A DNA stretch of 31,494 nucleotides. Origin: a virus. Lineage: Duplodnaviria; Caudoviricetes. Where the stretch lies: positions 1 through 31,494 of IMG/VR virus record IMGVR_UViG_3300042321_000182. One strand, given 5' to 3'. Shown one piece after another: positions 25,630 to 31,494 of this stretch; within the stretch, counting starts at the first letter, position 1; every line of letters begins with the position of its first letter. The translations under genes were made by a program, and so were the position numbers. The notes below the pieces were generated by a model. That model was given only the letters and a program-made list of their open reading frames with translations, made no database searches and was not told the origin of the DNA.

Positions 25630-28600
25630 TTAAATCACCACCGGGTCGTTAGGAAAGTATCTATTGTAAAAATCGCTAAACTCAGGTGACTCAGCACCAA
25701 GTTGGGTAACAAATCTATCCCAAAGGTCTGCTAAGTCATCATTACTATTTGCTTCCAATGAGCGTGAACCACCCATTTGGTCGCGTTGCAATAATGCTTG
25801 ACCAATCTTTTTACGAGCATCTAGGTACAAAGCAACAGCCTTTACAACTGGGCGATTACCATTTTGTGCCATCCATGCTTTGTCTTGAAGTGCTTGTCCA
25901 AGGACATCAGCACGCTTCATGTACTTACCACGGTCAGGGGACATGTAGGCTGCATACCAATCAACATTGTTTTCAGCCATGTAATCTAACCATGCTCGCT
26001 TAGCATTATTGTATTGTTCTAATAATGGGTCACGATTACTGCCAATACCGTTTTGGATTTTAAATGCATCAATTACATCTTGTATCTTACGGTATTCAGT
26101 CCAGCCACGCTTTAAGTTTGCATCTTTAATAAGTTCTGCTGGGTTACGGTTTTGACGATAGGTGTTAGCCGAACCGGGGTATGAACCTGTGCGATACTGC
26201 CATTGATAGGCAGCCTGCGAGAAATCATACTTACCGTCAAAATCATTAGCAAGCCATCCCATAAGTTCAGGCTCACCCTTTGCCTCTGCTTCTGCCATTA
26301 AACCGCTGAACTTACGAAGGTTACGAACGGTGTCTAGGTTGGCTTCAAGGCTGCCGGGGTTCTTAGATAAAGATACTGTGGCTTCAAAGAAGTCAGGGTA
26401 CATCTCAAAGAACTTGGCTTCTGCTTCGCCGGGTTCTGTGTATTGATTTTGGAACTGGCGGAAAACTTGTTGGTAGAAATCTACCTCAGGTGAGATAGCA
26501 AACGGTGCAGAAATTGCAGTCAAAGAACGAAGTAAATAAAACTTGTTAACTTTGCTGGTAATTTCATCTACCGTTGGTGTTTCTTGGCGCTTACCTGTGT
26601 TGTAATTGTATGTTTCATAACGCAACATTTGGTTAAAGGTACGAACATACATTTCGTCTTTAGACCACATGGTCTTTAGACGGCGCAATGTGCTAGGTAG
26701 AAAAATCTCAGATGCGCTGTTAGGCATACCTGCTGGGAATAACGGTTTAAACGCTTCCTCAAATTCAGGGCGTTGGCGCAAGATTAAATAAGTTGGGAAT
26801 ACGGCATAAGGACCAAAACCCGGATTACCTGCTTGACCTTGGGTAATAACATCAAGGCTTGATAATGGGATGTTAACTCGTTTAAACGCGTTCTCAGCCA
26901 CATCTTGCCACTCACCCGGCAATGCTTTGATAAAAGCATCAGGTACTTGAACCACAAGGTTAGCCATACCACCCTCACCAAGTTGCTTGGTATCGGTAAT
27001 ACGGTTGCCTTCTTGGTCAACTACTAATTGTCCATTAACAATTTGTGCAATAGTTCTAGCAGCAGTTGTAACTACCTGTGGGTTCTCGGCAACAATGCCA
27101 CCCCAACGCATTAAAGTATTTTCATAGGCTGCATAGAACGGGAACAACAAGCGCATTACTTGGCTTGATGATGCACCAGTTCTACGAACAATAGTAAACA
27201 AAGTACGCTCTACTTCACGGCGGGCTTCCTCACGGGCAGCACGCTCAGCACGGCGTATTTCATCACCTGTAAGTTTATCTACACCTCTAGCCTGTGCAAT
27301 TCCATCAATGTTTCGTTTAACATTTTCTTGATAAACAATGTTTACTAATGGGTGACGAGCAAAGGTATCCTCAGGAAGTGAGCCTAGGAAGCGCATAACA
27401 CGGCGGTTAACCATGTCCACAATACGCTCTTGGTCACGGTATTCCTTACTTGTAGTTACAAGCAGACCGTTAATTTCAGGTAAATTCTCAGGTTGAGTGC
27501 CAAAACGATTAAGTAAAAATACTTCTACATCTCCACCTGTAAGTGGCTTACCATCCTCTTTAGCAGCAGTAAGCATAAGTGCTGTATCCTCATCAGGAAC
27601 ATACAACTTAACAGCATTGCGTGTATCACTAATACGAGTTAATAAATAATCATTTTCCTCGCCAGCCTTTAACTTACCAAACCCAAGTCCCTTGCCGGGA
27701 ATTGTGTATGTGTTATTGGCATAGATACGCCCACCACGGGTTCTAGTTAAAAATCCTAAAATCTCATCATTAGTTGCACCGTCAAGAATACGACTTACTA
27801 TTGGGTCCATAATCCCAGTTTCAGGGTCACGGAAGTGTAGATTTAATACACCAGCCCATGCTTCAAAGTAGCGTGGGTCGCCGGGCTTAACTGGTCGCAT
27901 TGCTCTTGAACCGGGACCTGCAAGGAACGCCATTTGCTGGCTTCCAATAATGCTGCCCCATGTTTGTTCAGATGATGTACGAGCAAGCATCCAAGATGCA
28001 TTGTTAAATACTTCATCAACTTCGTATGAGTGACCATTTGCTTCGTGAGTAAAAGTTCCAAATCCAACTTTTGACTTAACAGACATTTGTTCTGATTGAC
28101 TGATACGAGCGCCTAAGCGACCCATCATGTCGTCAAGTTGAGCATTGACCTCTGCGTATGAACGACCAATGTTAGCAGCAGCATCCTCAACACCATTGTT
28201 AATCATGGCAATTAAGTTCTCATCATCATAGTAAGGAGAAACTGCTGGGCGAGTACGGCGTGATTTTTCTTTACGGCGTACCTGTGTCCGAGCAAGACGG
28301 CGTTCTTTAGTTGTTTGCAATGGCTGAGCAATGTCTAATGCAGCATCTGCTTCTGCTTGTGCTGCTTCAATTTGAGCGCGAGTTAACTTAGTAACTTCAC
28401 GACCACGACCTGCTTCGCCTACTGCCTCAGGTAGAACAATGTGTGATAGTCCACCTGCACGGCGGTCATCACCTACAACTGCACGACCAAAATTGTTTTC
28501 ACGAAGGTACTTGTACAAAGGAGAGTTTTGGTCTTGCCAACCTTTACTCTTTACCCAAGCACGCCAAACTTTTGCATCTCCACCAAATACTTCTTTGCGT

Positions 28601-31494
28601 ACATCCAATGGGATGTCTGACCATTTATTAAGATAAAGGGCATCACCATAAACACGCATTGGAGTAACGCTTCCACCATCACGGCGGACACGGAATACTG
28701 CACGCTCTAATTCTTTAGGATTAAGGTTGCGTATTCTATCCTCATCAACCTTAACAAAACCTTTACTTGTACCCTTGCGAAGTTCAACAATGTTTCCAGC
28801 ACGGCTAGCGCCAATCATGTCTGACTTCATGCGGGCTGCTGCGGTAAGTAACTTTTCAGGGTACGGCTTACGGGCAGGGCGTGGGTCATAACCCCACTCA
28901 AACCAAGAATTGCCATCTGTAAAAATGTCGCCTGCACGAACACGCATTTCCTCAATACGATACTCAGGGTCTAGGTATCTACTTCCATGAAGGTCTGCAT
29001 ACTCACGAAGTGGTGTTACCCAATCACCTTGGTTAATAACAGCAGGTGCATCTTTAGGAACAGCACGATAAACGGTAACCATACGATTTGGGTTACCTTT
29101 GTATTGATTGATAAATTCAACAATTTGTTTATCTAATCTACTAAAATCTTTTCCACCTACACCATAGATACGAGCAGCATCAGCAGAATAGACATCCTCA
29201 GGATAAATACGAGTTATGTTGTCTAGTGATGCACCAAACTCGCGGTCAGGTGCTGTGTGTGCGCCACGGTATCCAGCAGTAAATGATGATTGTGGATGGC
29301 GTTGTGGACCTTTACGAGTAACAACTCTTAGTGGAACTGGTCGCCCAGTATCTGAGATGTAACGCTCTAGTCCAAAACTAAATTCTTGTGTTGCATAACG
29401 GTCAGCAATTTGTGCATTAGTAGATGCAGATAATGGTCTTGCTGGGTCAAATTCAAAAGTATTTGTTGCTGAGCCATGATACAAAGTAACGGCTTCTGCT
29501 TCTGCCAAGGCAGAACGAAGTCTTGTAAGTTCTCTAGGTAGAACAATGGCTGCTGCTTCCTCAACACCAACTAAATTACCTTTAGCCTTTTCAGCAGCAA
29601 TGTAGTTAGCAATTAAGCGCTCGCCACCACGCTCAATGTCTGCCATGCGGGTACGGATTTCTCCTGCAAGACCTTTACGAGAAAGGTCAAGACCACGAAG
29701 CATGTCTTGAAGTTTTGCAACTTCATCACGCAAAACATTGATGTCGTCTTTACGACCAGCCAAAACTTCAACATTATCAATAAGACGGCTAACTCCCGCT
29801 TTACGATTTTGTAAAAATCTTTGTACAGCCGAAGGACCACCAACTGCTACTGCTGCTGGTAGGGCAAAAGCCTTAGCCATCATAGATAGTTGTGCTTCTG
29901 TAAGGTTACGAACTGTGTAACCTAGGCGCATAAGAACGGATGTTTTGAAAATGTCGTTAACATTATCAAGTGTGTTCATAAACTTTTGTCCACGAACAGC
30001 AATTTCCGTTGGGTCAATGCCTGAAAGAATACTTGGAAGTACACGCTCGTAAGAGTCAATGCCATCTTTTAGTCGGCGTAAATCCATTGCAATAACAATG
30101 TTTGCAGACTCACGCTCTAACTGTGGAAACTTAGCAATTACTGGACCGTTCTCTGTAAAGATAGACAAGAAGCCACGGTCTTTATGTTCTTTAAGTGTCT
30201 TAGCACGGCGGTAATCAAAAATTGCGTACAGTTTTTCAATTTGTTGTTGGCTCATGTTTGGGGCAATAATTCCCAAAGCATCTTTTTCAGCCAACTTAAT
30301 AATGTTTAAACGCTCGCCTTCGGTGGCTGCTGCAAGATACTGGTCAGCGTATGCCCCAGCCTTTGGTGCAAATGTTCCACCTGAAAGTTCAACAGCCTCA
30401 CGCAAAAATGCGTTCATCTCTACATAGGAGTCGCCATCATTTACTCTGAATACACCACTTGGGCGAAACTTTGTAAAGAACTCTGACTTACCCTTCATGT
30501 AATTAACAACCATAACGGCTGGATGAAGGCTAGTTTTTTGTATCATGGTTACTTCGGGGTCAGCAAAAGTCTTTGCTAACTTTTCTGCACGATTGCGTGC
30601 ATAACCTGATAGTGGACCACGGGCAAAAGTTCCACCACGGAACTCATTACCGCCAGTTGAAACTCTTTCTAATGCAATACGGAAACGGTCATCCTCTTTA
30701 ACAAGGTTGCCTAGATAAGTTGAAACTGCATTATTGTACTCAGGGCTAACAATTAAATCACCATCAAGTTTTCCATTAAGTGCTTCACGGAAAGGCTTTG
30801 GTGTATCTGTTAAATTATCAAGAACAAGCGCTGCTTCGTCATCAACTCTTGCGATTGCTGCCATTGCTTGCTTATCTGAACCAAGTACGGCACGGAAAGT
30901 ATCAACAACTTCTTGGTCGGTAGTTGCACGACCAAATAAATAAGCCATAGCATCAGGGTGTGTAACACGCTTTTTAGACCAGTATGGATACTGAGTCTTT
31001 GCATCAGAGCGTGCAAGGAATTGAACATCCTCAACTGCACGACCCTCACCTTTAAGAGCGCGACCTAATAGGTCATCCACTCCATCAGAAGTCATTGCTA
31101 ACTTACCAAAAACTTTACGAGTTGCAGAACCCGGAATTGATGCAATACCAGTACGACCAGCACCCATCAACCCTGCTGCCATTGGCGCACGGGCTGCAAT
31201 AGAAACACCTTTACCAGCAAACCCTGCAAAAAATAGCGGGTCAATAGTCATAGATGAAGTAAAATCAAGAGAACCACTAGCAAACTTACCAATAAATTGG
31301 TCGTTAAATGCTGCTTCTCTATCCTCAGGATTAAATAAATCAAATCCTGCTGCTAAATACTTTACATTACGGTCAAGAAAATCATGGAACCAACCTGAAT
31401 TTTCTGCTGCGTTCTTGCCTTGACCAAACAAAGACAGGGCAACTTGTCCCATTGAAATGTCGTCTTTGTTGTCGGCTACGCGCTTTTGATACTG
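25630..31494 (-). CDS. Giant (>1950 aa) internal virion / polyvalent protein with ADP-ribosyltransferase-like domains (5' truncated)
   Basis: Frame is open to the window edge (14 more codons before the listed Met); LYHG...S....A.RYA and VYRAVP...GDWVT...EWGY motifs; helical remainder with FPFY and LMRLGY..RN motifs. Confidence 0.7.
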   Translation of the reverse strand, partial: QYQKRVADNKDDISMGQVALSLFGQGKNAAENSGWFHDFLDRNVKYLAAGFDLFNPEDREAAFNDQFIGKFASGSLDFTSSMTIDPLFFAGFAGKGVSIAARAPMAAGLMGAGRTGIASIPGSATRKVFGKLAMTSDGVDDLLGRALKGEGRAVEDVQFLARSDAKTQYPYWSKKRVTHPDAMAYLFGRATTDQEVVDTFRAVLGSDKQAMAAIARVDDEAALVLDNLTDTPKPFREALNGKLDGDLIVSPEYNNAVSTYLGNLVKEDDRFRIALERVSTGGNEFRGGTFARGPLSGYARNRAEKLAKTFADPEVTMIQKTSLHPAVMVVNYMKGKSEFFTKFRPSGVFRVNDGDSYVEMNAFLREAVELSGGTFAPKAGAYADQYLAAATEGERLNIIKLAEKDALGIIAPNMSQQQIEKLYAIFDYRRAKTLKEHKDRGFLSIFTENGPVIAKFPQLERESANIVIAMDLRRLKDGIDSYERVLPSILSGIDPTEIAVRGQKFMNTLDNVNDIFKTSVLMRLGYTVRNLTEAQLSMMAKAFALPAAVAVGGPSAVQRFLQNRKAGVSRLIDNVEVLAGRKDDINVLRDEVAKLQDMLRGLDLSRKGLAGEIRTRMADIERGGERLIANYIAAEKAKGNLVGVEEAAAIVLPRELTRLRSALAEAEAVTLYHGSATNTFEFDPARPLSASTNAQIADRYATQEFSFGLERYISDTGRPVPLRVVTRKGPQRHPQSSFTAGYRGAHTAPDREFGASLDNITRIYPEDVYSADAARIYGVGGKDFSRLDKQIVEFINQYKGNPNRMVTVYRAVPKDAPAVINQGDWVTPLREYADLHGSRYLDPEYRIEEMRVRAGDIFTDGNSWFEWGYDPRPARKPYPEKLLTAAARMKSDMIGASRAGNIVELRKGTSKGFVKVDEDRIRNLNPKELERAVFRVRRDGGSVTPMRVYGDALYLNKWSDIPLDVRKEVFGGDAKVWRAWVKSKGWQDQNSPLYKYLRENNFGRAVVGDDRRAGGLSHIVLPEAVGEAGRGREVTKLTRAQIEAAQAEADAALDIAQPLQTTKERRLARTQVRRKEKSRRTRPAVSPYYDDENLIAMINNGVEDAAANIGRSYAEVNAQLDDMMGRLGARISQSEQMSVKSKVGFGTFTHEANGHSYEVDEVFNNASWMLARTSSEQTWGSIIGSQQMAFLAGPGSRAMRPVKPGDPRYFEAWAGVLNLHFRDPETGIMDPIVSRILDGATNDEILGFLTRTRGGRIYANNTYTIPGKGLGFGKLKAGEENDYLLTRISDTRNAVKLYVPDEDTALMLTAAKEDGKPLTGGDVEVFLLNRFGTQPENLPEINGLLVTTSKEYRDQERIVDMVNRRVMRFLGSLPEDTFARHPLVNIVYQENVKRNIDGIAQARGVDKLTGDEIRRAERAAREEARREVERTLFTIVRRTGASSSQVMRLLFPFYAAYENTLMRWGGIVAENPQVVTTAARTIAQIVNGQLVVDQEGNRITDTKQLGEGGMANLVVQVPDAFIKALPGEWQDVAENAFKRVNIPLSSLDVITQGQAGNPGFGPYAVFPTYLILRQRPEFEEAFKPLFPAGMPNSASEIFLPSTLRRLKTMWSKDEMYVRTFNQMLRYETYNYNTGKRQETPTVDEITSKVNKFYLLRSLTAISAPFAISPEVDFYQQVFRQFQNQYTEPGEAEAKFFEMYPDFFEATVSLSKNPGSLEANLDTVRNLRKFSGLMAEAEAKGEPELMGWLANDFDGKYDFSQAAYQWQYRTGSYPGSANTYRQNRNPAELIKDANLKRGWTEYRKIQDVIDAFKIQNGIGSNRDPLLEQYNNAKRAWLDYMAENNVDWYAAYMSPDRGKYMKRADVLGQALQDKAWMAQNGNRPVVKAVALYLDARKKIGQALLQRDQMGGSRSLEANSNDDLADLWDRFVTQLGAESPEFSDFYNRYFPNDPVVI

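Larger units (their letters stand above)
425..30311. repeat. Dispersed palindromic octamer GTTTAAAC (at least 32 copies)
   Basis: Starts at 425, 883, 1051, 1358, 1523, 1746, 1967, 2233, 2493, 2726, 3292, 3532, 3912, 4289, 4617, 5017, 5276, 6219, 7942, 8951, 10075, 12311, 17212, 18129, 18968, 19291, 19899, 20189, 24125, 26745, 26880, 30304. Confidence 0.95.

Noticed and set aside
425-30311. GTTTAAAC (PmeI site) as a cloning or concatemer artefact
   Set aside because: Sites lie within uninterrupted, motif-conserved ORFs in different frames with no break in gene content
21418-30943. Antisense ORFs over the scaffold and internal virion genes
   Set aside because: Fully overlap well-supported - strand genes and have low-complexity, antisense-type composition
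1-31494. tRNA genes, integrase/att site, terminase, portal, DNA polymerase
   Set aside because: No supporting sequence recognised; they may lie outside the window, so absence is not interpreted

Overview
This is a fragment of a dsDNA tailed-phage genome (about 43% GC by eye), most consistent with a podovirus-like phage of Actinobacteria of the freshwater acI type. It encodes WhiB, an actinobacterial-type lytic transglycosylase, a phage sigma factor and typical actinophage lysis and membrane genes. Layout: (i) a short + strand arm (1-1225) with a DUF3846-like gene, a transglycosylase and whiB, ending at a convergent hairpin; (ii) a - strand replication/metabolism operon (8332->1281) with a RecB/Cas4-like nuclease, DnaB-like helicase, glycosyltransferase, resolvase, split primase, phosphoesterase, sigma factor and dNMP kinase; (iii) a divergent control region (8333-8475) with two small Zn-ribbon genes; (iv) a long - strand virion/lysis operon (>31494->8966) with a giant ART-domain protein, internal virion proteins, scaffold, major capsid, HslV-like protease, basic proteins, tail tube and fibre genes, and a lysis cassette. 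Terminase, portal and DNA polymerase are not seen. The most striking unexplained signal is the palindrome GTTTAAAC (extended YGTTTAAACR). It occurs at least 32 times (about 1 expected), sits inside genes in all three frames, and forms a dense quasi-regular array in the first 6 kb, in a genome that otherwise appears to avoid common 4-bp palindromes. All functional calls come from motif recognition, not database searches.
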